Source: Lama guanicoe (taxonomy: Eukaryota). From it: a DNA stretch of 64,000 nucleotides. The stretch spans positions 2,046,001 through 2,110,000 of the forward strand of contig MU053881.1 of the NCBI GenBank assembly GCA_013239625.1, read 5' to 3'. Below are positions 51,801 through 64,000 of this stretch, piece by piece. Position numbers and translations under genes: made by a program. The notes below the pieces were generated by a model that was not told the DNA's origin, made no database searches, and saw only the letters and a program-made list of their open reading frames with translations. Positions within the stretch are counted from its first letter, which is position 1. Each line of letters begins with the position of its first letter.

Positions 51801-54800
51801 GTTGTCTGCTGAGTCACAATTTGATTGCTAACACATTTGCCAACCACATGGCCTTGGTAGAAAAATCTTCCTTTTACTAAGCTGGCATTTGTCACACACT
51901 AGAAATATGTCACGTACAACAGGCATTTGAATCAGGCCTTCAAATAAGACACGAAGAGAAATCTGCACAGAATAACAAGTGAAGAAAGGCCAAGGGTGGT
52001 GAACACAACAGGTTCTGACAGGATTTGTCTGGTGACGGGTGGGAGGCAGGCAGGAGGGTCTGTCTGTGGCAATAAAGGAAAAGAAAGACAGGAAGACAGA
52101 AGAGGGAAAACCACATGAACCATCAAAAGAAACCAGAAGATGAAAAAATGATATTTGGTAGAAGAGGATAAGAGAAATATTTTTAATATAAATAACATTT
52201 TTATGAACAAGTATATTTTCCAAAATAAGAAAATTATAGTGAGCTCAGTGTTTTATATTTCTGCAGAACAGTTTTAACTCATTTTTTTGCAATATGTTGT
52301 TTGACTGATGTACATGAAGAAAATCTGGTCTCTCACTGATAAACAGTTGTGAAAACAAGTATTTTAATAACCTGTTCAATAACTATACATATTCCTTCTT
52401 TGATATTATACACACTGCAACTTCACAGGGAAGACCTTAGTTACAGTTGAAGCTGAAACTGTATCAACAAACTTTTAGTACTATTACACTAAAATTCATT
52501 GATCTGTCTCATACTTTGAATGGATCTTTTATATATGCATTTTTAAAAAGTCATACATTGTTCACATGGAAAATTTTGGTTTACTGACTCTGGAAGATCT
52601 TCCAATTGTTGATCTATTTCATTATATAATACTAAAACACCACATTTGTTAACATCACCATGATTTCGTTAGTAAATACTAGGAAGCGGTCAAGCTGAGG
52701 GTGGTACAAAACAGTTTTCCAAAATTCTAATTTTCACTTAAGAGCTCAAATGTTATCACTGGCAGCAATTTCTGACAGCCCCTACCTTGATCTGTGCTAA
52801 GGTGCCAGCAGTTTTACCCACTACTAGTGTTACATCATCTGTACAAATGTCAACAAAGTAACAAAGGCAAGTAACATCTTGGTATTATTATAAAAAGTGT
52901 TATGATCTCACAGAGGCCCCTGAAAATGTCTCTGGGTCCTCTCAACTTCCCAAGGATTCATGGATCACATTCAGGAGGTCCTGCAACTCCTAAGTTTTCT
53001 TGGGGACTGAGTTAGCATAATAGTATCCATTATTATGCCACAAGTTAGAAATGCCATCTCATTTGCACATCTACCATGAAACCATCTCTTTCCCCTATAG
53101 AATTAAAAACAATCTAATGCAGAAACTTTCATCTTTTCGTTTTTAAAAACAAGAAAGTTTTCAGAGCCTTACAGCCTCCCAGACACCTATTTTCATTCTA
53201 AGAGCAGAATCACAGAATATTATATTTAAATGCTTTTAAATACCAAAACTGTCTTTCACTTGCTTCTAAACAAAACAAAGGTGGTATAATGATAAACAGG
53301 CAACAGTCTTCACAAAAGACAGTTTTTCAAGGAGCAGGTATTATAAGAGCCAAATCAATGTATGATACAATAAAATTTTATACAGGATAATCACAAACCT
53401 AACATATTTAAAATAAAAAAACAGTAACATCCTATGTTCTTTAAACTATCCTGAACTATATATCAAAATTCCATTTTCTACCCACAAAATTGTACTTAAT
53501 ATTCTATTTTCTTTATTCTACATTAGCACCACAGTTTGAGGGTACAGCTATGTCCCGATGTAAACCAACTAGCCACGTTACATAAATCTTAAGAGTGAAA
53601 AACAAGTCCCAAATGACCATTTTCAATCACACAAAGCAGTTATAAAACACCTTTCTTGGCTTTAGCACTATTTACCATATCCAAATTCCTCAAAAGGGAT
53701 GCTAATTCAACTATATATGCTGACAGTTTTTAAAATTAGTTTCTCAGAATGTTCATAACCAGCCAGATTTTCATGAAACAGCATCACCAATAAGAAGATA
53801 TTTTAAAAAACAGAAGGTAAGGGATTTCCGGTAAAGATGGTAGAGTAATAGGACCACCAGCTCGCCTCTCCTTGTGACTACAAGGACACCACAACTGACT
53901 AAACAACTATCGAAAAAGACTGGAACCTAGCAAAAAAAGATCTTCAACTGGAAACATGAAGAGGGAAACACAGAAGGACTGGAGGAGGAGCGTGCTCTTG
54001 ATATAATTGGGCCCCATACCCCCCCGGGGTGAGAGACCCACAAGCAGAAGAAGAATTAAGTCACAGAGGCCCCCCCACAGGAGTGAGAGTTCTGAGCCCC
54101 ATGTCAGGCTCCCCAGCCTGGGGTGGAGGAGGAGGAGACCCCAAGATATCTGGTTTTGAAGGCCAATGGGGCTTAACTCCACGAGCCCCTCAGGACTGGG
54201 GGAAACACAGACTTCCTTCTCTTGGGAAGGGCACATAGAATCTCCAGCGCACCAGGTCCAAGGGCAGAGGCAGTGATTTCATTGGAACCTGGGGCAGATC
54301 TGCCTGCTGGTTTTAGAAGGTCTCCTGGGGAAGTAGGGGATGCCTGCAGCTCACTCAGGGAACAAAAAAGACATTCCAGGAGTGTTCATCTCCATGAGCT
54401 TTCCCCTCCAGGCTGACACCTTGATTGGATCATTAGCAATAAAACCTAGCCCCACCCAACAGCCTATAGGGAAGCCTCAGGCCAAACATACTGGGTGGGA
54501 ACAGGGCTCCATCCAACAGCAGGCTTTCTGAGCCACAAAGGCCTCTACACATAAAAGGTCCAGGACGGAGCTTCACCCAGCAGTGGACAGGCACTGGCTC
54601 CTCCTGCCAGGAAACCTGCCGAAGCCTCTAGTCCAGCCTCATCCACCAGGGGGCAGATACCAGAAATAAGAAAATCCCAAAATAAAATAAAACAATCCCA
54701 AAGCCTGTGGAAGGAATCCGCAAACACAAGCCAGACTCTACACTGGGACCGGCTGGACCCTGGTCCTTGGGTGACAAGAGAGGAGTGTACTGCTGGGACA

Positions 54801-57800
54801 CAAAAGAACATCTCCCAAAGAGGGCCACCTCTCCAAGGTCGAGAAATGTAAGTAATCTACCTAAAAATACAAATAGATAAACAATAGGAGGCAACAGAGG
54901 ATTATCTCCCAGGCCAAGGCACAAGATAAAATCCCAGAAAAAAAAGTAAGTGATGAGGAGATAGGCAATTTATCTGAGGAAGACTTTAAAGTAATGGTGG
55001 TGAAGATGTTCAGGGAACTCGAGTATAGATGCACAGAGTGAAGTTTTTAGCAAAGAGTTGGAAAATATAAAGAATACCCAAACAGAGTTGAAGAATAAAA
55101 TCACTGAAATGAATAACACACTAGAAGGAACCAAGAAGAGACTAAACGAGGCAGAAGAACAGATCAGTGAGCTAGAAGACAGATTAGCGGAAGTCACTAC
55201 TGCAGAACAGAAAAAAGAATGTCATTCTAAGTGAAGTAAGCCAGAAAGAGAAAGAAAAATACCATATGAGAGCACTCATATGTGGAATCTAAAAAACAAA
55301 AACAAAAACAAACAAACAAAAACAAAGCATAAATACAGGACAGAAATAGACTCATGGACAGAGAATACAGACTTGTGGTTACCAGGGGGGTAGAGGGTGG
55401 GAAGGGATAGACTGGGATTTCAAAATAGTAGAATAGATAAACAAGATTACACTGTATAGCACAGGGAAATATACACAAAATGTTATGATAACTCACAGAA
55501 AAAAATGTGACAATGAGTGTGTATATGTCCATGAATGACTGAAAAATTGTGCTGAACACTGGAATTTGACACAACATTGTAAAATGATTATAAATCAATA
55601 AAAAATGTTAAAAAAAAAAGAACAGAAAAAAGAATGAAAAGAAATGAGGATAGTATAAGGGAACTCTGGGACAACATGAAGCACACTAACACTCACACTA
55701 TAGGGGTCCCAGAAAGAGAAGAGAGAGGGAAAGTACCTGAGAAAATTTTTGGAGAGATAATAACCGAAAACTTCTCCCCACTGGGGTAGGACAGTCACCC
55801 AAGTCCAGGAAGCGCAGAGTTCCACACAGGATCAACCCAAAGAGCAACACACCAAGGCACATAGTAATTAACCCAACAAAAATTAAGGGTAAGGAGAGAA
55901 TATTAAAATCAGTAAGAGAAAAACAACAAATAACATAAGGGAACTCCCATAAGGTTATCAGCTGAGTTTTCGGCAGAAACTCCACAGGCCAGAAGGGAGT
56001 GGCACAATATATTTAAAGTGATGAAAGGGAAAAACCTACAACCAAGAATACTCTATCCAGCAAGGTTCTCGTGGAGAAACTGAAAGCTTCACAGATAAAC
56101 AAAAGCTAAAGGAATTCAGCACCACCAAACCAGGTTTATAACAAATGTTAAAGGAACTTCTCTAGTCATCAAACCACAAGAAAGGAGAATAAAAAGTAGA
56201 AAGAGGGGGGAAAAAAAGACTGCTTTGGCAGTTCAGAGTGTATGATTCTATATATATTTTGAAATTGTTTGTTCTACTTCTGTGAAAAAAGTGAGTATTT
56301 TGATGCACTGGATCTGCAGATGGCTTTGGGTAGTACGGCCATTTTGATAATGTTGATTCTTCTAATCCAAGAGCATAAGATATCTTTCCATTTCTTTGTA
56401 CCATCTTCAATTTCCTTCATCAGTGTTTCACGGGTTTCAGAGTATAGGTAACCTCCTTGGTTAAGTTTATTCCTAGGTATTTTGCTATTTTGATGCAACG
56501 GAAATGTTTATGCCAGTTATAAAATTCTGTTTTTTGAAATAAAAAAAAGTGAATGAAGGGCTGCAAATGGCAAAATAGCCTTCTTTCTTATGGGTTAGCT
56601 GTATTCCATTACATATATATGCTGCATCTTCTTTATACATTCATCTATTGAAGTGCACTTAGGATGCTTCCATATCTTGGCAATTATAAACAATTATAAA
56701 TAATGTTGCTGTTAATACCAGGGTGTACGTATCCTTCTGAATTAATTCTTATTTTGTGATTGGTTCATTCCTTTGATAACTATGTAAGTTTAAAAAGCTA
56801 AAGCTCTAAACGTTCTTAGAAACAATGAACAGTATACACGTAAATTAAAAAAACAAGCAGTAAAAATTAAGATAATATTGACTCTGCTCTAAATTAGGAG
56901 AAGTGTGTAAGTTTTAAATTGGGTGGAGAGATACAGATAAAGATATAAAATTTATTTTTCCTCCACTTTAGGAGCTCTTTTAAGAACTAATATCCCTCAT
57001 GATGAGGAAATAATTAATAGAAGTTCATGAATTTTTACTTTCCCTTTGTTTATTCCCTATAAACTAATATAGAAAAACAACACACAATTACACAATAATA
57101 CCATCTTCTAGAATTGTGTCTGTGTAGACATCTACCTCTTCTACCTGATTTTATGCATATATATACCTGGAGGAACATGACTTAATATTAAACTTTTTTT
57201 CTGATGGTGGACTTTTGGTTATTTGGGGTTTGTTTCTTATTTCTTATTTTATTTTTTAATCTCTAGTTTATTTTTTCTCCCCCCTCCCCAGTTTTGCTGA
57301 GATATAATTAACATATAACATTGTGTAAATTTAAAGTATATAACATATAAACATATATGTATATACTGTCAAGTGATTACCACAACAAGTTTAGGTAACA
57401 CATTTAACACCTCATATAGTTACAATTTGGGTGAGGTGTGGGTGTGAGAACTTTTAAAATCTACTTTCTTAGTAACTTTCAAATATATAGTACAGGACAG
57501 TTAACTATAGTCACTATGCTGTACATTACATCCCCCAAATTTATTCATCTTAAAACTGGAAGTTTGTGCCATTTGACCACACTCTTCCATTTTCCAAGAA
57601 TGGTTTTGTTTCCTTTCTCTCATCTTTTTCTTTAAACTGCTTCAATTATTTATCATTTTAATAAAAATCAAGTCATTATTCAAAATAACAAAAATAAAAC
57701 CTCTCTCTATTGGGGAACAAAATCACCATAGTGTTGTGTTAGTAATAATTCAAGACATCACTTTCCAATATTTCTTCTAGTGGCAGTGTCAGGAAAACTA

Positions 57801-60800
57801 CATTTTTGTTGCCATCAAAATATTATATTTATCTCTTTTTAGACTATTCATACAGCACGAAGTCACATCTTACCTTCTGAGCATACAAAACACCAGCTAA
57901 CGTTCACGTGCTCATGATTCCGGCAGCCCCGTCTGGGGGTGAAGTGATTGGGGCAGATGATACTATTAGATGCAAGGATCTTAGACCCAGCAGCTAGGCA
58001 AAAGTCATTGGCATGGTATGCCACTGGACAGCGGACACAGCGCATCAGGCGGCCTAAAAATACGAGATTAAATATAAAAACAATGTGAGTTATTTTGAAG
58101 GGGAGGGGAATACCACGTAAAACCAGGGCTCCAAAAGCACATGTGAACATGGTGCCCATTGAACTAGTCCATTACTCTCTTCTCTCTCACATAAATGCTG
58201 CTGGTACTCTGAGAAAAGCTAGAGGCAATGAAGAAACACACCCAGATTGCATCTGGAAACATCCATTGCCCACAGAGATTCTTCAGTTAGACTGATCCAC
58301 ACAAGAAACCCATACCTTTAGACGCAGTAACACTGGCGGGATTAGCAGCGTGGCAGGTTATACATATGTGGAGGGAGCACCGGAAGCCCTTGTTCTGCAT
58401 GACAGTGGGTGGATACTTCTGAACACACTCTTCATGGTAAAACTTTCCACACAAGGGCAGAAGGCACCTTTTAACATCTTCCCCACTCTGCTTACATACA
58501 AAACAGGTATGTATTCCTGGGACAGAAAGAAAGAAATAAACAAATTAATACCAATTCAAGAATTCACTCAATTCTAAACTATTATGTGAAAAGTTAGTGA
58601 GTATACAATTCTGCAACAAATTCCAACATGGGGTGGTGGTGAAGGGTTTCCACACCAGGCAGCAACTCTCTTGACACCAGCTGGGTATTCATAATTCAAC
58701 TCAATTCTGACAATATCTACTTGGAGATATATCAGATCCCATAGTAAGGGCTCAGTCTTATAATACTGCCACCTGCCCTCCGCCCCAGCCTTCAGACACT
58801 AGGTGTAAGTCAAGGTTGTCATTTGTACTTCTGACCAACTGGCTATAAATCAGAGCTTTCTGAGAGCCCCTCTCCAACTCCTTTGGGTTCAATTAATTTC
58901 CTAGATTGGCTCACAGAACTCAGAGAAACATTTTACTTACTAGATCATCCATTTATTGTAAAAGGATATAACTCAGAAACATCTACATAAAAGAATGCAT
59001 GGGGCAAGGTATGGAGAAAGGGCTCAGAGCTTCCAGGCCCACCCTCAGCACACCACTCTCCCCAAATCTTCATGTGATCACCAACCCAGAAGCTTTCCAA
59101 ACCCCATCCTTTTGGGGTTTAATGGAGGCTTCATGACACAGGCATGAGCTGTTAAATCACTGGCAACTGAGAACTGATTCAACCTTCAGCCCTGTCCCCT
59201 CTGAAGAGGTCAGGGGGACGTGGGACTCAAAGCTCCAGTCCTCTAATCCCCATGGCTGGTTCTCCTGGCAATCAGCTCCCTTTGTTAGGTGGGTCCAAAC
59301 ATCATCTCATTAATATAACAAAAGACATACATCTTCATCTCTCTCATCACTTAGGAAATTTCAAAGATTTTAAGAGCTCTGTGGCAGAAAATGGGCAAAG
59401 ACCACCAAATATATATTTATTATAAATAAAGTATCACAGTGAAGAACTTTACAACAGACTGATCAGGCTAACAACATGAACCTACTGAACAATATCAATA
59501 CTAAGTGGGAAACTTAACACATGCTTGCTGACGTGATGCAACAGGAAGTACACATGAGCCACAGAATACTTGTGTCAAAAGAAAACTGAGCTGACCCAGC
59601 CTCCACATGTAACTGCAGGTTTCCAGGAAATACGGAGGATGGAGGAACAAGCAAAAGAGACACCTCAAGATGCAATCAACCAAATTTACAGCATGGAAAT
59701 TTTAGTGGGAAAAATGGCCACTGTTCTCAAAAACTAAAAAACATTAAAAAATTGGGTGAGAGGCCTCTTAAATATGTGCAGCTATTTGGATCCAGCTATA
59801 AAGTTTGTTACGTAAAAGGTGACAGGTGAGGTCTGGTTCAGCACGGACCCAGTAGGGAAACCACATGTGGATACTGAGCACTTAAAATGGGACTAGTGCA
59901 AACTGAGATGTGCAGTCAGTGTCAATGGATGCTGAAGCTTGAAAACCTAGCACATAAAAAGGAATATAAAATATTTCAGTCATTTTTCATATTAATTATA
60001 TGCTGAGATATTTCTAACATACTGGGTTAATTAAAACATTTTTTTGTGGTAAAGAACAAAGAAATTGAGTGAGGAGACAGTACTACTGTAGGCCAAAAGA
60101 AATTGAAGAGATGATTTTTTAAATTAAAAAAATACAACACAGGGACATTATTTGGGTACTGATTCGAAACACTGTAAAACAACACCTTTTGAGACAAAAT
60201 GGGAAAATCTGACAGTGGGACTGAGTAGCAGACAGGAGCTACTGTACAATTTTGCTACACACTGAATATATATATTTTAGAGTTATAACTTTAGCTCTTT
60301 TGAAATGTGTGGGTAAAAGGAGGTAGAAAGTTGGTAACTACTGAAAGTTAAGTGATAAATACACTGAAATTATTTACCTCTCTACCTTTGCATATGTCTG
60401 AGGATTTCTGTAATAAAAAGTTTAAGAGGAAAAAAAATCTACCTCTCTCTGAGAAGCAATATAATGCAAAGGAAAGAGCCCAGGCTTGAGAGACAGACAG
60501 GCAGAACTAGACAGGAATCCTGCCTCTGGCACTTGCTGGAAATAGGAACTTATCCAAAGAACCCACCTCATCTTTACACACAGATCACCCAACTAATGAT
60601 TTTAGGGAAAAATTTTAAGTATGTATTTGGAAAGAGGCAAACTCCTGCCTGACGCTGAATAACTGGCAGCTGATACTGAGCTGAAGTGACTTGACGTATG
60701 GTGTGGACACCCTACTGTAGACAAACAGGGTGAGCCAGGGGTATGAGAAATGACTCCCTTATCCTTAGTCTGCTCATCTTTGTTAAAACCTGGGTAAAGT

Positions 60801-63800
60801 TTCCTACCCTCAAAAAAATGATAACCTCTCTCTACCTCACATGATATACAAAAATTAATTCAATGTAGATAATAGACCTAAATCTATAACATTTTTTCAG
60901 AAGAAAACGAATATCTTTGTGACACTGGATTAAGCAAGATTTCCTAACCAAAGCAAAGTCCATTTTAAAAAATTAATAAACTGGCTTCATCAAAATGTAA
61001 AACTCTGCTCTTCAAAAGACACCGTTAAGAAAATGGAAAAACAACCCACAGGTTGGGAGAATAACTTGAAAAATATATACCTGATAAAAGACTTGTATCC
61101 AGAATATGAAGAACTCTTAAAACGAAATAGTAAGAAAATAATCCAATTAAAATTTATTTTGAACAGACTCCTCAAAGAAGATAGCAAAATAAGCACACAA
61201 AAAGACACGCAATATCATTATCAGGAAGATGCACATTAAAACCACAATGAGATATCACCACACATCTGTCAGAATGCTTAAAATTAAAAAGACTGGCAAT
61301 GCCAAGTGTCGATGAAGATGTGGAAGAATTAAAACTCTCATACACTGCTGAACACTTTGGATGCTTCTTAGAAAGTTAAGCCTACCACACAATGCAGCCA
61401 TTCTACTGTTAGATATTTACACAAGAGAAGAGAAAATGTATCCATCCAGACAAAGGATTCATAAGGCTTCACTTACAACAGCCCAACATGAGAACAACCC
61501 AAATATACATCAATAGATAAGTAGATACAGTGTTATATCCACACAACAGAATACTACTCGCAATTAAAAGGGAAGAATTCTGAATACCTGCAACAATGTT
61601 GTTCAATCTCAAAATAACTAAGCTGACTGATGGTTTCACAATGTATATACATGTACACACACACACACCCCGAAACTTATCAAAGGTACACTTTGTGTAG
61701 TTTACTGTATGCCAATTATACCTCAATAATGCTGTTTCAAGAGAATGAACTGCTGACACACACATCAACACAGATCAGTCTCAAAATCATTAGGCTGAGC
61801 CAGACATGAAAAACCACACACATTTTGAATTCCACTCATATGAAACTCTAAAACAACAACAACAAAAAAGGTAAATCTAATGCGCTGTAACAGAAAGCAG
61901 ATCACTGTTTGCCTGAAATTGAGGCTGGGGGTGGGGGAGAGATGCAGAAAGACTGGGTCTGATCACAAGGGAACTTTCTAGAGTGAAGAAATGTTCTATA
62001 TCTTCATTGTGGTCGTGGTTACATGGGTGTATAAAATTCACCAAAATCAATCAAAACATACATTAAAGGGGGTACATTTTACAGTGGGTAGATTATACTT
62101 CAGTAGTTGGTTTTTCTAAAAAAAATAGTTTTGCCTTAGATTAACCTGATTCAGAGAATACTGCGTCGTACTGAAGATGAGACTAGCAAAACTGGATCAC
62201 TGGCACGAAAAGGCAAGAAGCTCTCTCTAAGATCAGGCTAACAGAGATACGCACGCACCTACAGTTGGTTTCTAAATTTCATGTACAGGGATGGATGGCA
62301 CCATATGGCACAAAACGATCATGAGCCCAACTATGCAGAAGGCAAAATAACCCCACAACTACCCTGTCTTCCGACCTTTCTTCCAGCAGAGCTGAACATG
62401 GTGGCAGCAAGACGGAGCAGCTCAATCTGACATGGCCACCTATTTACAGACACAAGTTGATTCTGTCTCTCATTTTCCACAGGTGGTATTCTAGGCCCAC
62501 ACTCTTCCTTTCCCCATCGCTCTCACCAAGCCAAGGGAAAACTTCAGCGTCCTTCATCTTTCTCACAATTACATGGGACACTGCCTTTTATCTTTTCATC
62601 TCTTCAAGGCCATCCTCTCCTGTCTCTCTGACTGCACTCTGACAATGACTCCCCCTCCCATCAGGGACATTTATTTCCCTACACAACTCTTAACCTTCAT
62701 CCTACAAACACTCGGGATGTCCCTCCTCCTGACGCTCTAGCATCCTCCCTTCAGCTACTGTTCTCTCTCCCACTGAAGTCAAGCTCCTGCAAGAAACAGT
62801 GCACGCTGCCACGCAGTCACCTCTCAGTCTGGTTCAGCGTGGCACCCTCTCACTGTGGCACCCTCTCACTGCCAAATACAGAAGTCTCTTCACTCCACCT
62901 CCGTGGTCTCTTTGTCACACCCACCTGTGCTGACACCCCATTCTCATGGCCTCAGACATTCTTTTTCAACTGGCCCCTCCTCGCCCTCCAGGAGCCTCCT
63001 TAAGTAGGTACGCCCAGGACTGCCACTGGCCCTCTGCTTACTCTACAGATATTTTCTCTTTGGACAGCAGCACCCGCACCTACAGTTCTAATGACTTACA
63101 AGCATGAGATCTTTACTGTCAGCCCTCGTTTCTTTCCTACTTCAGTACTGTAACTTGCACTCACATTGCTGAAAAAAGAATCTCCTTAGCACGGCTGTGA
63201 GGTGCTTTATAGGCTGGTCTCATCTGACCATTTCCAGTTCTGACTCAATCTGTATACTGTACGCTCCCAAAATATCTCTTTTTTGGAGGTAAAGTTTTAT
63301 TGACATATAATGTACACAGAAAAGTGCCCACATTCTAAGTGAACAGTTCACAATCATGAAGTGAATATATTTATGTAATCACTACTCAGATCAAGAAACA
63401 TAAAATATCACCAGTAACCCAGAAGTCCTCCTTGTCACTGCCTATGCCTCACCCTAAAATATCCAACTCCAAACATACTGATCTAACATTTCTTATTCCC
63501 CAAATATTCCTTCCCCTCCACACACCGACTTCTGTTTCTCTCTGAAAGCCAGACTCAGGCATCTTCCTCTGCGGCACTGGCGCGCGCTTGTCCACACAGC
63601 ACCGTGACATCCACAGCACGTTCTGCTGCCTTATGCTATACGTTCATTACTCACTCGAGCCTTTTTGAGGGCAAAGACCACAGAGAACCTATCTCTGTGT
63701 CTGCAGGAATGAGCCCAGTATTGCCACAAAAATAATGTCTCCAATAAATGTTTTTTCCTAAAAAACTTAAAACTCAAAACTTCCTTGGAAAATGACCTTT

Positions 63801-63939
63801 CTACATCTACTTTACCTGTGCGACATTCATTGCAGATAAATTTTCCTCTGGGCATTTCAGTTAATCCAAGGCACTCCAGGTGGAAAGCCCCACAGCACTG
63901 AGCCTCACATAACAGCAGCTCACCCAGTTTCTCACAGTT
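29305..63939 (-). CDS. NSD1: Histone H3K36 methyltransferase NSD1, 3' part (12 coding exons, 1149 aa; 5' exons lie beyond the window)
   Basis: Twelve GT-AG exons totalling 3450 nt splice in frame: PHD fingers, PWWP (RWWP), AWS, SET ([24 protein letters not shown]), post-SET, PHD/C5HCH, tail ending SEQK*. Confidence 0.97.
32465..32669 (-). CDS. NSD1: NSD1 exon 22 (205 nt): basic stretch plus PHD
   Basis: [68 protein letters not shown]. Confidence 0.95.
33822..33845. repeat. (AT)12 microsatellite
   Basis: Direct read. Confidence 0.9.
34440..34546 (-). CDS. NSD1: NSD1 exon 21 (107 nt): SET end and post-SET
   Basis: [36 protein letters not shown]. Confidence 0.95.
34714..34836 (-). mobile_element. 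tRNA-Ala-derived SINE
   Basis: Reverse copy; TSD ATAAATTCT at 34705 and 34838. Confidence 0.9.
37680..38085 (+). mobile_element. L1M 3' end fragment hosting the U4 retrocopy
   Basis: GGTAGAATGGTGGTTGCCAGGGGCTGGGGG...GAACTGTACACTTAAAAATGG...AAATTTTATG. Confidence 0.75.
37965..38030 (+). pseudogene. 3'-truncated U4 snRNA retrocopy
   Basis: AGCTTTACGCAGCGGCAGTATCGTAGCCAATGAGGTTTATCCGAGGCATGATTACTGCTAATT matches the U4 5' ~63 nt; A tail; TSD GGCTAAAAYG. Confidence 0.9.
38247..38388 (-). CDS. NSD1: NSD1 exon 20 (142 nt): SET core
   Basis: [47 protein letters not shown]. Confidence 0.96.
38458..38731 (+). mobile_element. Short young L1 3' end with polyA
   Basis: Same 3'UTR as the 7261-7935 copy; flanks AATTAGAGTATTCTA / AATCGGAGTATTCTA resemble a TSD. 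Confidence 0.85.
38790..38969. mobile_element. MER5A-like hAT DNA transposon
   Basis: GTGGTTCACAAAGTGT...CAGAAATGCAGGTTCTTGG...TAACAAGCCC...GAAGTTTGAAAACCAC terminal inverted pattern. Confidence 0.75.
39748..39864 (-). CDS. NSD1: NSD1 exon 19 (117 nt): SET
   Basis: [39 protein letters not shown]. Confidence 0.95.
41221..41490 (-). CDS. NSD1: NSD1 exon 18 (270 nt): AWS and SET start
   Basis: [46 protein letters not shown]...[13 protein letters not shown]. Confidence 0.96.
41620..42058 (+). mobile_element. L1M 3' end fragment
   Basis: TTATTCACAATAGCTAAAATGTGGAAAC...GGAATATTATTCAGCC...GTAGAATGGTGGTTGCCAGGGG. Confidence 0.75.
42277..42385 (-). mobile_element. tRNA-Ala-derived SINE
   Basis: Plus strand GGAGGTACCGGGGATCAAACCCAGGACCTC...CACTGAGCTATACCC. 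Confidence 0.8.
43407..43698. mobile_element. MER58-like hAT-Charlie DNA transposon
   Basis: TIRs CAAGGATTGACAAACT / AGTTTGCCAACCCCTG; 8-bp flanks CTCTAGAT / TTCTAAAT fit the hAT NTCTAGAN target. Confidence 0.85.
45127..45239 (-). CDS. NSD1: NSD1 exon 17 (113 nt)
   Basis: [38 protein letters not shown]. Confidence 0.95.
46440..46621 (-). mobile_element. tRNA-Ala-derived SINE with (GTTG)n/(CATT)n tail
   Basis: Reverse copy with a microsatellite-expanded tail. Confidence 0.85.
46773..46934 (-). pseudogene. Near full-length U1 snRNA retrocopy inserted in a MIR
   Basis: Reverse complement ATACTTAACCTGGCAGGGGAGATATGATCACGAAGGTGGTTTTCCCAGGGC...GGTAGTGGGGGACTGCATTCACACTTTCCCCTG; 14-bp TSD TTGRGCAACTAATT at 46734 and 46935. 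Confidence 0.93.
48193..48398 (-). CDS. NSD1: NSD1 exon 16 (206 nt): PWWP2
   Basis: [52 protein letters not shown]...TYKK. Confidence 0.96.
49725..49810. repeat. (GAAAA)/(GAAGA)n polypurine tract
   Basis: Direct read; a pyrimidine tract on the NSD1 strand near the exon 15 donor. Confidence 0.85.
49861..50017 (-). CDS. NSD1: NSD1 exon 15 (157 nt): PHD
   Basis: [52 protein letters not shown]. Confidence 0.95.
51577..51724 (+). mobile_element. tRNA-Ala-derived SINE
   Basis: GGGGGAGGGTTACAGCTCAGTGGCAGAG...GTTCAATCCCCAGTACCTCC; TSD AAGARTGACGTAG at 51566 and 51725. Confidence 0.9.
51850..52985. mobile_element. Charlie1-like hAT DNA transposon remnant
   Basis: TGAAGAAAATCTGGTCTCTCAC, TTGAATGGATCTTTT, TTTTCCAAAATTCTAATTTT, AAATGTCAACA motifs. 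Confidence 0.6.
53821..56165 (+). mobile_element. L1 5'UTR plus decayed ORF1, antisense to NSD1
   Basis: Starts GGGATTTCCGGTAAAGATGG; ORF1 remnants (GAACAGATCAGTGAGCTAGAAGACAG, GGCCAGAAGGGAGTGG, AGAATACTCTATCCAGCAAGG). Confidence 0.8.
55222..55618 (+). mobile_element. Young L1 3' end nested in the older L1 ORF1
   Basis: Perfect 18-bp TSD AGAACAGAAAAAAGAATG at 55204-55221 and 55619-55636; polyA tail. Confidence 0.9.
56220..56740 (-). mobile_element. Inverted L1 ORF2 fragments
   Basis: Minus ORF 56274-56498 [33 protein letters not shown] is L1 ORF2. Confidence 0.8.
57874..58053 (-). CDS. NSD1: NSD1 exon 14 (180 nt): PHD
   Basis: [60 protein letters not shown]. Confidence 0.96.
58316..58516 (-). 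CDS. NSD1: NSD1 exon 13 (201 nt): PHD
   Basis: [67 protein letters not shown]. Confidence 0.95.
58585..59438 (-). mobile_element. MER21-like solo LTR
   Basis: GACACCAGCTGGGT..AATTCAACTCAATTCTGACA, GGCTCACAGAACTCAG, TAGGAAATTTCAAAGATTTTAAGAGCT, ending TATCACA. Confidence 0.75.
59835..60040. mobile_element. MER33/MER3-like hAT remnant
   Basis: CCACATGTGGATACTGAGCACTTAAAATG...AACTGAGATGTGC...ATACTGGGTTAA. Confidence 0.55.
60820..62110 (+). mobile_element. Old L1M ORF2 end and 3'UTR fragments
   Basis: ORF 61033-61239 [25 protein letters not shown] is L1 ORF2-like; AAAACCACAATGAGATATCACC. Confidence 0.75.
63816..63939 (-). CDS. NSD1: NSD1 exon 12 (124 nt): PHD
   Basis: [41 protein letters not shown]. 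Confidence 0.95.
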
Positions 63940-64000
63940 CTGTTAAGAGAAAGAAAACAGATCTGTCTACAGAAAAAGGCTTTAAAAATCCCAAGCAGAA

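Noticed and set aside
62839..62870. 16-bp tandem duplication GTGGCACCCTCTCACT x2
   Set aside because: Ordinary slippage duplication in an intron; only two units, not an array

Overview
Mammalian (not microbial) DNA, most likely a camelid, judged from nine tRNA-Ala-derived SINE copies resembling the camelid Vic-1 family. The window holds the conserved MXD3(+), PRELID1(-), RAB24(+), NSD1(-) block. I hand-spliced complete CDSs for MXD3 (6 exons, 206 aa), PRELID1 (5 exons, 219 aa) and RAB24 (8 exons, 203 aa), plus the last 12 coding exons of NSD1 (1149 aa: PHD fingers, PWWP2, AWS-SET-postSET, C5HCH, tail) and its ~4.8 kb 3'UTR. All junctions are GT-AG and in frame. The remainder is SINE/L1/L2/MIR/LTR/hAT repeats plus U1 and U4 snRNA retrocopies. 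I see no convincing new multi-gene system. The best leads are post-transcriptional: two uORFs in the PRELID1 leader, a candidate 36-nt poison exon after the NSD1 post-SET exon, back-to-back polyA signals between convergent MXD3 and PRELID1, intron-retention ORFs, and inverted SINE pairs. Repeat family names and repeat boundaries are from recognition by eye and are approximate.
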